A stretch of 57,653 bases of DNA from Planctomycetota bacterium (GTDB taxonomy: Bacteria > Planctomycetota > UBA1135 > UBA2386): the NCBI GenBank assembly GCA_947501605.1, contig CANMWZ010000026.1, positions 1-57,653 on the forward strand, given 5' to 3'. A program made the position numbers and the translations under genes. Of this stretch, positions 29,518 to 39,175 are shown piece after piece. The notes below the pieces were generated by a model. It saw only the letters and a program-made list of their open reading frames with translations, did not search any database and was not told the origin of the DNA. Every line of letters begins with the position of its first letter. Position 1 is the first letter of the stretch.

Positions 29518-30188
29518 CGCGAGGTGGCCTTCGAGCGTGTCTTGCGGCGGGACGGGCTACGGGGTTCGTGTGCCTTCACGCCACCGGCGCAGAACGCACA
29601 GAGGCGGTCGACGATTTCATCTGTCGATGCTGGTGAAAAGTCGGGGCCGGCCACGCGCTGCCACATTCCGACGTGCTGCATCGTGTGGGTCAACGCGCCG
29701 ACCATGAAGTGCAGTTGCCAGTAGGCGTCGGCGATGGTGAGCAGAGGTTGCGCTCGCCGCAGCGCCTCGGCAAAGCGCCGGCCGATGGTCGCGAACTTCT
29801 CGGTCAAGACCTCGTCCAAGAACGGAGGTTGTTCGGCGATTAGGCGACAGAACATCGAGCAGGTCGAAGTGCCGAACTCACTCGAGAGTTCGATCACCGG
29901 TGCCACGAACGAGCGCACGACTGCGCGCACGGGCGGCCGCTTGCCGCCGCGGTGTGCCTGTTCGACGAGGTCGAGTTGTCGCAGGCGCTCGGCGTCGACA
30001 GGGCGCGCCCGCCGTTCGAGCGCAGCGCGCGCGAGCGCCGCCTTGCTGCCGAAGTGGTAGTTGACGCTGGCGAGGTTGGCCTTGGCGCGCTGCGTCACAG
30101 CTCGCAGGCTCATCCCGGCATAGCCGACCTCGGCCAGCAGGGTCTCAGCGGCGTCGAGGATGGCAGTCCGGGTGTCGTCGGCGGTCAC
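29514..30188 (-). CDS. TetR/AcrR regulator, PsrA-like
   Basis: TRTAILDAAETLLAEVGY..SLRAVTQRAKANLASVNYHFGSK; C-terminal YWQLHFMVGAL; GTG 30188 preferred over TTG 30227. Confidence 0.9.
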   Translation of the reverse strand: MTADDTRTAILDAAETLLAEVGYAGMSLRAVTQRAKANLASVNYHFGSKAALARAALERRARPVDAERLRQLDLVEQAHRGGKRPPVRAVVRSFVAPVIELSSEFGTSTCSMFCRLIAEQPPFLDEVLTEKFATIGRRFAEALRRAQPLLTIADAYWQLHFMVGALTHTMQHVGMWQRVAGPDFSPASTDEIVDRLCAFCAGGVKAHEPRSPSRRKTRSKATSR

Positions 30189-30211
30189 GGGGTCGGGGAC
30201 ACTACCGAGGG

Positions 30212-30238
30212 CGAACGTATGTTTCAAACGAACGTTCG
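30212..30238. promoter_or_regulatory. 27-bp imperfect palindrome, putative TetR operator
   Basis: cgaacgtatgtttcaaacgaacgttcg; two abutting AAC-N4-GTT boxes resembling the PsrA consensus, just upstream of the TetR start. Confidence 0.65.
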
Positions 30239-30314
30239 ACAGGATGCGGCAGCGGGGTTGATGCCGTACGCGAGCCGGATCAGGCGGTGAGGCAGCCGTG
30301 ACCCGCCGCGGCGC

Positions 30315-31523
30315 TCAGCGGCTGTGCACCACGCCGAGCTCCTTGCACGCCCGCGCCAGCAGTTCGTACTGCGGCATCGAGTTGTGGATCTGCGGGGATA
30401 CCCGCAGGAGGCGCAGTTCGGGGCTCTTCCAAGTCATCACCGGCACTTCGATGCGGTAGCGCTCCCACAGTGCAAGTTGCAGGGGATCGAGTTCGAGCGG
30501 TCCGGCGGGCGCGCTGCCGGTGGCAGGCGGAAGGGGCACCGCGGCGAGGAAGCCGATCATCGACTCGGGCGCCGGCGCTTCGACGCCGAGTTCGCGGCAG
30601 AGCAGGTCGCGGGCGCGCAACGCGAGGCCGCGGTTGTGTTGCTGCAACGCCACCATGCCGCCCGGGAGCAGGCCTGACAGGAACCGCAGCGCCGTCGGGA
30701 TGCAGAGCCACGGGGTCGGATCGAAGGTGCCGGTGAAATCGAACTCCAACCGGAATCGCGACCGGTCTCGGCGCGCGGAGTTGGCGCCGTGGCTGATCGC
30801 GAGCGGTCGAATGCGCTCCTGGCGATCGCGCCGCACGAACAGCAGCGCTGAACCCTTTGGCGTGCACAGCCACTTGTGGCAGTTGCCGGTGTAGTAGGCG
30901 GCGCCGAGGTTTCGCAACGACAATGGCACCATGCCGGGGCCGTGGGCGCCGTCGACCAGCGTGTCGATGCCTCGCGCTGCAAGCGCCTTGACGATCGGTT
31001 CGATCGGTAGCACGAGGCCGGTGGGGCTCGTGATGTGGTCGATCAGCAGAAGTCTCGTGCGGTCGGTCACGGCGGCAAGCACGGCATCGACGACCTGCTG
31101 CGGACTGCGCAAGGGGAATGGAACCTTCGCCGTGGTTACGCACGCACCGTGGCGATCGGCGGCGAACTGCAGGGCGTTCCTGGAGGCGTTGTACTCGTGG
31201 TCGATCGTCAACAACTCGTCGCCGGCGACGAACTGCAGCGAGCGCAGCACGGTGTTGACGCCTTCGGTGGCGTTGCGCACGAAAGCGAGATCGTCGGCGT
31301 CGCAGTCAACGAAGGCGGCAAGCTCGGCCCGTACGGGGTCGAGGCGATCTTCGAGTTCGCGATGCAGGAACCGCACCGGTTCGCTCTCGAGTTCGCGCTG
31401 GAGTCGCCGTTGCTCGTCGAGCACGACGCGCGGGCAACCGCCGAAGCTGCCGTGGTTGAGGAAGACGACGTCGGGATCGAGGTCCCAGTGGATGGCGAAC
31501 GGGGACGGCGCGGCAGCGGGCAT
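30315..31523 (-). CDS. Class V PLP enzyme (isopenicillin-N epimerase / C-S lyase-like)
   Basis: FLNHGSFG, DHITSPTG, LVDGAHGPG, YYTGNCHKWLCTPKG; ATG 31523. Confidence 0.88.
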   Translation of the reverse strand: MPAAAPSPFAIHWDLDPDVVFLNHGSFGGCPRVVLDEQRRLQRELESEPVRFLHRELEDRLDPVRAELAAFVDCDADDLAFVRNATEGVNTVLRSLQFVAGDELLTIDHEYNASRNALQFAADRHGACVTTAKVPFPLRSPQQVVDAVLAAVTDRTRLLLIDHITSPTGLVLPIEPIVKALAARGIDTLVDGAHGPGMVPLSLRNLGAAYYTGNCHKWLCTPKGSALLFVRRDRQERIRPLAISHGANSARRDRSRFRLEFDFTGTFDPTPWLCIPTALRFLSGLLPGGMVALQQHNRGLALRARDLLCRELGVEAPAPESMIGFLAAVPLPPATGSAPAGPLELDPLQLALWERYRIEVPVMTWKSPELRLLRVSPQIHNSMPQYELLARACKELGVVHSR

Positions 31524-31782
31524 GGCGGGGGAGTAGACGGGAGCGCGCAGTCGAGGCAATGGCGCAGGCCAAGTCTGTGGCGGAGTGGCTTGCACAGCGG
31601 GTCCTCGCCGACGTCGGATGCGATCCTCCCGCCCGCCCCTTCGTCGCGTCTGCTGTGGCGCGCCGCTGGCTTTGCACGCGTCGAGTCCCGACCACCAGCC
31701 CTTCGTCTGGCCGCAGGTCAAAGGCCGTCGCGATCTCGCGTACTGTCTCGACTCGGTTGCTGCGGCCGTGCATCCTGCAGCC

Positions 31783-33810
31783 ATGCGGCTTGGCGCACTT
31801 TCTGTTCTGGGATTGGCGCTTTCCCTCTCCGGCCAGAACTACACCGTGCGCGATCTGGCGTCCCCCGACTGGCAGGTGCGCAATCGTGCCGCCGTTGCGC
31901 TCATCGCCGTGTCGAGCCTCGACGACCACGCGTTGCTGGCCGCGATCGTGGCGGAGTCAGCCCCGCCGTTGCCGCGCCGTCCTGACGCGATCGGTCGCTA
32001 CGGTGGGCGGATCCGGCCCGATGCGGTGGAAGACTTCGTGCGGTCGCAGCGCGCAGCGGTCGCCGGCAATCGCGGTGACGCAGATCTGCTGCCGCATCCG
32101 GTCGTGGTCACGGACCTCGTGGTTCCGTTCGACGCCCGCGCGTTGGCGGCCTTCGTCGCCCTCGAACGCGGACTCGACCCGGTGGCAGTCGCGACGGCAT
32201 GTGTCGCCCTGCTCGCCGTCGACGAACCGCAGGTACAGGCAGCGGCTGCGAGTGCCTTGTGGCGCCTCGGCGATTCCGCGAAGGCGGTGCGGCAGAAGGC
32301 GCTGCGCTCGCCGCGGTTCGCTGGCTCGTTGGCGCGCGTCGCCGTCGACGGTGGTGCCGCAGCGGCCGTGGAACTCGCTGCGGTGTTGGCGATCGACGAC
32401 GATGCTCTGCGCACCCTGGTGCTCGACGGGCTCTGGATCGAGCATGCACAAGGCGATGCGGCGCTGCTGCAGTCGGTTGTTGACTGTTTCTTCGCTGCTG
32501 GCGACGAGACCTCCCTCCGCGCCGGTGCGCTGCTGCGGCAGGCCGGTGCGGCGGGCGTGCCCGCGCTCGTCAAAGTGCTGCAGCAGCCGGCAAACGCGGC
32601 GCGCGCCGCCGGGATGCTGTTTGCGCTCGGTGAAGCTTCGCTGCCGGCGGGGCCGGCGTTGCTGCGCGTAGTTGCAGACGGCGAAGCCGACCCTCTTGCC
32701 CGAACGCGTGCCGCGCTGGCGCTCGGGGAGATTGGTAAAGCAGTCGAGGCGATAGACGCACCGCTCGCAAGCGAGATCGCCGGTGTCCTCTATGGGCTGT
32801 TCTCCGATCGCGCCACCAAGGGGGAGTTCGGGCTCGCGGTGACTTACGCGCTCGGTGGCTACCCAACGTCGCTGCCGACTTTGGCGACCGCGAAGCTCGA
32901 GGAAATGACACGCGCGTGGTTGCCGCGCGTTCGCCACGGCGAACTCGCAGCGCTGCACGCCTTGCAGCGTTCGGGGCGGCTGGCAACGCTGCCGGTTGAC
33001 CGACTGCAGGCGCTCTGGACAGCGCAGCGGCGCACGAGTCTGCGCAGCAGTCTCGAGTGTGCGATCGCACTGCACGGACTCGAGGCCGAACCGGTGCTGC
33101 GTTCGATTGCGTTGCAGTCCGAGCGACTCGCCCTCGATGCCGAGGCAACGAGCGCGGCGGCCGACGTCTTGCGCGGCTGGCTCGACCAGCCGGAGCTGCC
33201 GTTGCTCGCTGTTGCCATCCACTGCCTGTCGCAGCTCGGTCCGCGTGCCGGTGTGGAGGGCGCGCGCGTGCGGGCATTCGCAGACAGCAAGCTCGCGGCT
33301 GACGTGAGGGCTGCGGCCTTGCGGTGGTCGGCTGAACTCGACGATGGCGAGGATCACCGCGAGTGGCTCCTGCAGCGCCTGCACCTGCTCGATGCGAGCG
33401 CAGCAAGGATCGACCTCGTCGTTGGCCTGGACCTTTCCGCCGAACGGCGTGACGAGGTGCTGCTAGCCCTGCTGGCGAACGCCGATGAGAGTGGCTGGCG
33501 CGCCCATTCGTTGGCCGCCGCGGTGGTGCGGCGACTGGCATCGAGGTTGGTCGCGAGCGACGGTGGCGAGCGCACTCGATTGGCAGTGCAAGCGCTCGCA
33601 CGGTGTGGTGTATCGACCGCCGAGGATACGCGTCTGCTGGCGCACGCCATTGCTAGCGATCCGACTCCCACACTGTTCGCGGCGTTCTTGGAGGCGCCGT
33701 CGATGCCGGTGGCCCTGCGCGAGGCGTCAGCCGAGGCGATCACAGTCGAAGGCGATGCCGAGACTGTTGCGGCGGCGATCCGGTGCGTTTGGACACACCG
33801 GACCCGCTAG
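31783..33810 (+). CDS. Secreted HEAT/ARM-like helical repeat protein
   Basis: Signal peptide MRLGALSVLGLALSLSGQ; LASPDWQVRNRAAVAL, DEPQVQAAAASALWRLG, ARTRAALALGEIG. Confidence 0.65.
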   Translation: MRLGALSVLGLALSLSGQNYTVRDLASPDWQVRNRAAVALIAVSSLDDHALLAAIVAESAPPLPRRPDAIGRYGGRIRPDAVEDFVRSQRAAVAGNRGDADLLPHPVVVTDLVVPFDARALAAFVALERGLDPVAVATACVALLAVDEPQVQAAAASALWRLGDSAKAVRQKALRSPRFAGSLARVAVDGGAAAAVELAAVLAIDDDALRTLVLDGLWIEHAQGDAALLQSVVDCFFAAGDETSLRAGALLRQAGAAGVPALVKVLQQPANAARAAGMLFALGEASLPAGPALLRVVADGEADPLARTRAALALGEIGKAVEAIDAPLASEIAGVLYGLFSDRATKGEFGLAVTYALGGYPTSLPTLATAKLEEMTRAWLPRVRHGELAALHALQRSGRLATLPVDRLQALWTAQRRTSLRSSLECAIALHGLEAEPVLRSIALQSERLALDAEATSAAADVLRGWLDQPELPLLAVAIHCLSQLGPRAGVEGARVRAFADSKLAADVRAAALRWSAELDDGEDHREWLLQRLHLLDASAARIDLVVGLDLSAERRDEVLLALLANADESGWRAHSLAAAVVRRLASRLVASDGGERTRLAVQALARCGVSTAEDTRLLAHAIASDPTPTLFAAFLEAPSMPVALREASAEAITVEGDAETVAAAIRCVWTHRTR

Positions 33811-34029
33811 CGGCCGCGACCAACCTGCGGAAGCGCAGGTGGCGGCTACTGCGTCCGCGTGGCGCTGCGACGGTCCCCCAGCCGCCGGCAAGGCGCATGG
33901 CGACAGGACCTGGGAGCAGTGGGTCCTTTCATGCGAACAGTTGCGGTGTTTGCGAGTCGTCTGTTTGTCGATGTGGGGCAATCGGGCAGTGTCGTCGCGG
34001 TGACGAGCTGTACCTGCGGAGCAACTCAC

Positions 34030-35637
34030 ATGACTCAGACCCTGTCCAATCCTGCGCCTGCCGCCACGATCGATCCTTCGGACCCGCAGATCGAGGCGCA
34101 GCAGTTGCGCGCGGAGCTGGATGCCATCAGCAGGTCGCAGGCGGTGATCGAGTTCGACCTCAACGGCATGGTCCTTACGGCCAACGCGAACTTCCTGCAG
34201 GTTCTGGGCTATCGGCTCGAGGAGATTCGAGGCCAGCACCACTCGATGTTCGTGGATGCCGCGCACCGAGGCAGTGCGGAGTACCGGCAGTTCTGGACGG
34301 ACCTCGGGGCCGGCAGATATCAGGCGGGCGAGTTCAAGCGTGTAGCCAAGGGCAACCGCGAGGTCTGGATCCAGGCGAGCTACAACCCGATCCTCGACCG
34401 GTCTGGTCGGCCGTTCAAGGTCGTCAAGTTTGCCAGCGACATCACTGCGGCAAAGCTGCGCGCAGCCGATGCGCAGGCGCAGATCGCAGCCATGCACCAC
34501 TCGCAGGCGGTGATCGAGTTCGACCTCAACGGCACAGTCCTTACGGCCAACGCGAACTTCCTGCAGGTTCTGGGCTATCGGCTCGAGGAGATTCGAGGCC
34601 AGCACCACTCGATGTTCGTGGATCCCGCGCAACGAGGGAGTGCGGAGTACCGGCAGTTCTGGACGGACCTCGGGGCCGGCAGATTTCAGGCAGGTGAGTT
34701 CAAACGTGTAGCCAAGGGTAATCGCGAGGTCTGGATCCAGGCGAGCTACAACCCGATCCTCGATCTCTCCGGTCGGCCGTTCAAGGTCGTCAAGTTTGCC
34801 AGCGACATCACGGAGCATGCCAAGGCGCGAAGCAAGAACGTCGCGCTTGTCGAGCGCGTCCGCGTGACCTCGGCGCAATTGTCGAGATCGGCCCAGGAAC
34901 TCTCGGCGGTCACGACCCAGATCGCGGCCGACGCCGATCAGTCGAGCGACGAGGTCCGCAGCGTGGCGGCTGCAGCGGAGGAGATGGCGCGCAACAACAT
35001 CACGGTCGCAGCGGCAATCGATGAAATGAGCGCGAGCATCAAGTCGATCTCCGGTAGCACCTTGGAGGCTGCCAAGGTGGCCACGCATGCCGTCGGCATC
35101 TCACGGCAGACCAGCGACGCGATTGCCAAGCTCGGCGACAGCAGTCGCGAGATCGGCAAGGTGATCAAGACGATCACCGAGATCGCGCAGCAGACCAACC
35201 TGCTCGCGCTCAATGCGACGATCGAATCGGCTCGTGCGGGCGAGCTTGGCAAGGGTTTCGCCGTCGTGGCCAACGAGGTGAAGCAGTTGGCGAAGCTCAG
35301 TGCGCAGGCGAGCGAAGACATTGCCCGGCGCATCGAGTCGATCCAGGGCGACACCAAGTCGGCCGTGTTGGCGATCGGCGAGATCTCGCGCGTGATCGAC
35401 GAGATCAGTTCGATTCAGACGACTGTCGCCGGAGCGGTCGAGGAACAGACGGCCGTCACGACGGAGATCGGCCGCAACATCAGCGAAGCGGTTCGCGCAG
35501 GCGAAGACATCTCGCGCAGCATTGGCAGTGTCTCAAAAGCTTCGGCGAGCACCGCACAGGGCGTGCGGTCGTCGCGGTCGTCGGTCGAGGCGCTCAGCAA
35601 GATGGCCACCGATCTCGATCAACTCGTCAAGGTCTGA
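34030..35637 (+). CDS. Soluble PAS-PAS methyl-accepting chemotaxis protein (BdlA-like)
   Basis: Two PAS/PAC units (WIQASYNPILD..GRPFKVVKFASDIT); IAQQTNLLALNATIESARAGELGKGFAVVANEVK; no TM. Confidence 0.92.
   Translation: MTQTLSNPAPAATIDPSDPQIEAQQLRAELDAISRSQAVIEFDLNGMVLTANANFLQVLGYRLEEIRGQHHSMFVDAAHRGSAEYRQFWTDLGAGRYQAGEFKRVAKGNREVWIQASYNPILDRSGRPFKVVKFASDITAAKLRAADAQAQIAAMHHSQAVIEFDLNGTVLTANANFLQVLGYRLEEIRGQHHSMFVDPAQRGSAEYRQFWTDLGAGRFQAGEFKRVAKGNREVWIQASYNPILDLSGRPFKVVKFASDITEHAKARSKNVALVERVRVTSAQLSRSAQELSAVTTQIAADADQSSDEVRSVAAAAEEMARNNITVAAAIDEMSASIKSISGSTLEAAKVATHAVGISRQTSDAIAKLGDSSREIGKVIKTITEIAQQTNLLALNATIESARAGELGKGFAVVANEVKQLAKLSAQASEDIARRIESIQGDTKSAVLAIGEISRVIDEISSIQTTVAGAVEEQTAVTTEIGRNISEAVRAGEDISRSIGSVSKASASTAQGVRSSRSSVEALSKMATDLDQLVKV
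34135..34811 (+). repeat. Tandem intragenic duplication of the PAS-coding segment (311 bp x2, offset 366 bp)
   Basis: 34135-34445 vs 34501-34811; about 15 mismatches by hand count (~95% identity). Confidence 0.9.
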
Positions 35638-35824
35638 CGGCCGATCGGCGGCGACCAGCGCGCCGGGCTCGATGCGCACGATGGGCGAGGCCCGCGCTTC
35701 GCGCTCTTGGCGTGTCGTGCGCTCCGCCGTCGGGGGGACTCGCCCCAATCCTGCGCCCCTTGGCACTCTCGTCCTTGCGGATCGACAGCTGGATCTCGGA
35801 CCGACAAGGACGGCCGCGCGGCGA

Positions 35825-36874
35825 TCAGGCTTTCGTCGCACTCGCTCGTAGTCGGGCAGCGAGCAGGAGGCAGCGATCGACGAGCTCCTTCGCCTCGCCA
35901 TGCAGACCCTCGTCGGTGCGGACCTGCTCGATGTTGTGTTCCATGTCCTCGGCAGTCCAGCCGCGACTGTGTGCGACGAACGGAAACGGCGGGAAGTGCA
36001 GGCCGAGTTCGCCGAAGAACGTCAGCATCTGGCCGGCAACCGCCTGCACGTTGTCCTGACCGCCGGTGATGACGAGTCCGCCGACCTTGTCGGAGAGCAA
36101 GACGCGATCGCGCAGCGTGATTTGGTTCTGTACCGTGTTGAGGCGCTCGGCCATCTTGAAGTAGAGCGAGCTCGCAGCACCCCAGCGGATCGGTGTCCCG
36201 ACGAGCACCACGTCGGCCCAGAAGACTAGGTTCTCATAGACCTGCGCCATCTCGTCCGTGGGGTCCTTCTGCGTGATGGAGCACGGCCAAGTGCATGCGT
36301 GTGCGGCCTTCGAGTAGTAACCCTCGCAGTGACGAAAGCTGAGGTCTCTCAGTTTCAGCATGCGTGTTTGGGCGCCGTGGGCGCTGCCAGCGTGCTGGAG
36401 CGCAAGGTCGAGCAGCGCCTCGGAGGTCGAGTAGCGCTTTGACTTCGGGTCCATGACCGTCGTCGAGATTGCCAGTACACGAACAGGGCCCGGTTCGCGG
36501 GTGAGTGCGCGCTCGAGCGGGTGCCGTTCGTGCGGCTCTCGATGGCGGGTCGTGGTGGCTTCTTCGCGCAGCCACAGGTGGCCGTCGCGCTCTTGCAGTT
36601 CGAAGCTAGGGACTCGGTCTTGCTCGTAGCCAGGTTCACCCTGGCCGGTGACGTGGTGGAACTTCCAGTCGTGCCATGGGCACACGACGTAGTCGCCGTC
36701 GAGGTGGCCCGAGCCCAGTGGCCCGCCGACGTGGTTGCAAGAGCCGTGGATTGCGCCAAAGCGCGTGCCGTTCCACGACAGTGCGATCTTGGTGTGCGCG
36801 ACGGTCAGTTGCCGCAGCGGTGTCGTGCGCAGGGCCTCGATCGGGCCGAGGTCGTGCCAGTGTTCGTTGGTCAT
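35825..36874 (-). CDS. Rieske ferredoxin fused to flavodoxin-fold / NADPH-dependent FMN reductase domain
   Basis: CNHVGGPL...CPWHDW; VLAISTT, CEGYYSKAAHACTWPC, WADVVLVGTPIRWG, KVGGLVITGG. Confidence 0.85.
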   Translation of the reverse strand: MTNEHWHDLGPIEALRTTPLRQLTVAHTKIALSWNGTRFGAIHGSCNHVGGPLGSGHLDGDYVVCPWHDWKFHHVTGQGEPGYEQDRVPSFELQERDGHLWLREEATTTRHREPHERHPLERALTREPGPVRVLAISTTVMDPKSKRYSTSEALLDLALQHAGSAHGAQTRMLKLRDLSFRHCEGYYSKAAHACTWPCSITQKDPTDEMAQVYENLVFWADVVLVGTPIRWGAASSLYFKMAERLNTVQNQITLRDRVLLSDKVGGLVITGGQDNVQAVAGQMLTFFGELGLHFPPFPFVAHSRGWTAEDMEHNIEQVRTDEGLHGEAKELVDRCLLLAARLRASATKA

Positions 36875-36908
36875 GAATGTGGTGGCTGTCGCGGCGACCT
36901 AGTAACGG

Positions 36909-38702
36909 TCAGAGGCGGCGGATCGTCGCAGGATCTACCTTGAGCAAGAGGATGTCGTCGAGCCGGGTGACGTCACCCGTCACCTCGACAGGATCGCCGA
37001 CGAGGTCGACAACCTGTTCGTTGACAGCGGTGCCGTCGAGCGCCACGAGCAGCAATCGGCGCACAGCACCAGCTTCGTCTTCGACCCAGAGCATCGGCGG
37101 AATGCCGCCGCGGATGCAGAGTTTGGCGCAGGCGCGGTGCGTTCGCCGTTCGCCAGGATTCATCACGCCGAGGTGGCACTTGCTGTCGACGATCTCGCCG
37201 CGCAGGGTCATGCGTCCGAGCCGCTCGATGGCCGGCGGTGGCACGAGCGAGGAGGTTGCGGCATCGAGCGGGACGACGGAGTCCGGCGCCACTTCGATCA
37301 TCGTCTGCTCGCCTTGGTGCACCAGGGAGCCGCGCAACCGGATCGCTCGTCCGGCGTGCGCGCGCACGAGATCCTCGGCGCCGTGCTTGCCTTGTGCCAC
37401 CAGCATCCACACCGACGCTCCGCCCCCGGGCCGGGTCACGCGCAGGACGGGATACGGCAGCAGCTCGACTTTGCCCGTGAAGGTGCGCTCGATCCCGAAC
37501 TCGAACCGACTGTTCGCGAGGCTGCGTTGCGTGCTCGCCACGAGTGCGAGTGCGAGCAGGCAGATGCCGGTCGCCATCGCCACGGCCCGAGTCGTGAACC
37601 GCGACTGGCGCGGCGTCGGCGGCGCGCCGTAGCCGACGTAGAAGTCGCGCGAGTCCAGGACGCCGTCGCCGTCGATCCGCGCTGGCTCGACTCGAGTCCC
37701 TGCCGGCAGCGGCTCTGCGGCGACCAGCGCGCGACCGTGCTGCACGCGTACGGCAAATGTCGGCAGCTTCTCGGTGAAGGGCGACGGTGCGCAACCGTCC
37801 TCTGGGCGGTACTGGTAGCCATGCCACGGGCAGACGATGCAGCCGTCTTGAATTCGGCCTTCGCCGAGCGGTCCGTTCTGGTGTTTGCAGATGCTCGACA
37901 CGGCAGAGATGCGGCCGTCGTAGCGAAACACGGCGACGCGGTCGCCGGCAACCGTGACCGTTCGCGCGCCGTTCTCGGGGATCTCAGCGACGGCGCCGAC
38001 ATCGATCCAATCACCATCGGCGCGAGTTCCGGTGGCGGCGTCGAGGCGCAGTTCGCGGCGAGCGGCAACGAGATGGAGTCCGACCAACCACAGGGCACCG
38101 AGAGAGACAACGATGGCAGCCGTGGGACCGGTGTCGGACTGCAGATAGCCGAGTGCTGTGTGCAGCACGAGCAGTCCGTAGGCGACGTAGACGCTCATGT
38201 GCAGCGCCTTCCACACGGGTGCAGTCAGGTTGCGCAGCCAGAAGTCGTGGCTCGTCGCCGCCATCACGAACAGGATCGCGAGCGCAAACGCACCGAGCGG
38301 CTGAAAGGGGATGCCCGCGAACCCGGTCCACCCGGAGTCGCCGCCGAAGAGGCTCGCGATCGGCGACACCACGCCGAGCGTGTGGTACAGGACGAACGAC
38401 AGCGTGCCGTGCCCCAGCGCGAGTACGAACATGGTCACGCCCATGTGTCGCCGGTTGTAGAGCAGTGGCAGGAAGCGCGGGTCGAGGCGGCACAGCGGCC
38501 CGATCGACAGAATCACATGCAGCAGGGCGAACGCGGTGAAGCCGAGCGAGCGGATCAGCAGCGTCTCTGCGGTGGTGTCCGGATTGCGCGCGAAGCTGAT
38601 GCCCCCGAAGACTGCGAGCGCAGCGACCACGCACAGCAACAGCGTCCGGTCGTAGCGCCTCTTCTGTGGGTTCCAACCGACCGCCGTGTAGGTGTGCGAC
38701 AT
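36909..38702 (-). CDS. Ferric-reductase/MsrQ-like heme-b membrane domain + Rieske + TM + Cys/His extracytoplasmic domain
   Basis: NRRHMGV, LGHG, ATSHD, WKALHMSVYVAYGLLVLH; Rieske CKHQNGPL...CPWHGY; C-terminal DSKCHLGVMNPG...HRACAKLCIRGGIPP. Confidence 0.8.
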   Translation of the reverse strand: MSHTYTAVGWNPQKRRYDRTLLLCVVAALAVFGGISFARNPDTTAETLLIRSLGFTAFALLHVILSIGPLCRLDPRFLPLLYNRRHMGVTMFVLALGHGTLSFVLYHTLGVVSPIASLFGGDSGWTGFAGIPFQPLGAFALAILFVMAATSHDFWLRNLTAPVWKALHMSVYVAYGLLVLHTALGYLQSDTGPTAAIVVSLGALWLVGLHLVAARRELRLDAATGTRADGDWIDVGAVAEIPENGARTVTVAGDRVAVFRYDGRISAVSSICKHQNGPLGEGRIQDGCIVCPWHGYQYRPEDGCAPSPFTEKLPTFAVRVQHGRALVAAEPLPAGTRVEPARIDGDGVLDSRDFYVGYGAPPTPRQSRFTTRAVAMATGICLLALALVASTQRSLANSRFEFGIERTFTGKVELLPYPVLRVTRPGGGASVWMLVAQGKHGAEDLVRAHAGRAIRLRGSLVHQGEQTMIEVAPDSVVPLDAATSSLVPPPAIERLGRMTLRGEIVDSKCHLGVMNPGERRTHRACAKLCIRGGIPPMLWVEDEAGAVRRLLLVALDGTAVNEQVVDLVGDPVEVTGDVTRLDDILLLKVDPATIRRL

Positions 38703-38716
38703 GTCTGTTCCGGCGA

Positions 38717-39175
38717 TCAGTTTGCTGCGGGCAGGGCGTGGGCGATCACCGCGCCGTGCGCGAGGCTGAAGAACGCGACGTGGCCCAGTCCCTCGGGTCG
38801 TTGGTAACGGCGAGGGCTGCTGCCGACTGGGCCGAGGAGTCTTGCGTCTTGGGGCAGAGTGGCGACGGCGTCGATCGAAGCGATCCAGTAGGCAAGAACA
38901 TCCGGTGCCGGCTCACCGCGCTGCGCGACCACGAGGTAGTGCGAAGAGGCGCCGACCACAAAGCTGCCGCCAAGCGTCGAGGGTGCCACTGCGGCGTTGG
39001 CGATGTCGGCGACGCTGCTGGAGTCGAACGTGGCGAGGCCGCGTGGGTCCGCTGGAACGGTGGCATTCCTTGTCGCCTGCCGACGACCGGCGAGGGCGAG
39101 GATCAGCGCGACGGGAAGTGCCACGGCGAGTGTCAGAAAGCCAGCGGCGTGCCGGCGGCGCAGCTTCTGGATCAC
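38717..39175 (-). CDS. Hypothetical membrane-anchored protein
   Basis: GTG 39175 overlaps the upstream stop (GTGA); IQKLRRRHAAGFLTLAVALPVALILAL; PDVLAYW, FFSLAHG. Confidence 0.65.
   Translation of the reverse strand: MIQKLRRRHAAGFLTLAVALPVALILALAGRRQATRNATVPADPRGLATFDSSSVADIANAAVAPSTLGGSFVVGASSHYLVVAQRGEPAPDVLAYWIASIDAVATLPQDARLLGPVGSSPRRYQRPEGLGHVAFFSLAHGAVIAHALPAAN

Noticed and set aside
33811..34029. c-di-GMP riboswitch or sigma-28 promoter upstream of the MCP
   Set aside because: Only a weak hairpin and GTCGATGT; consensus elements are missing
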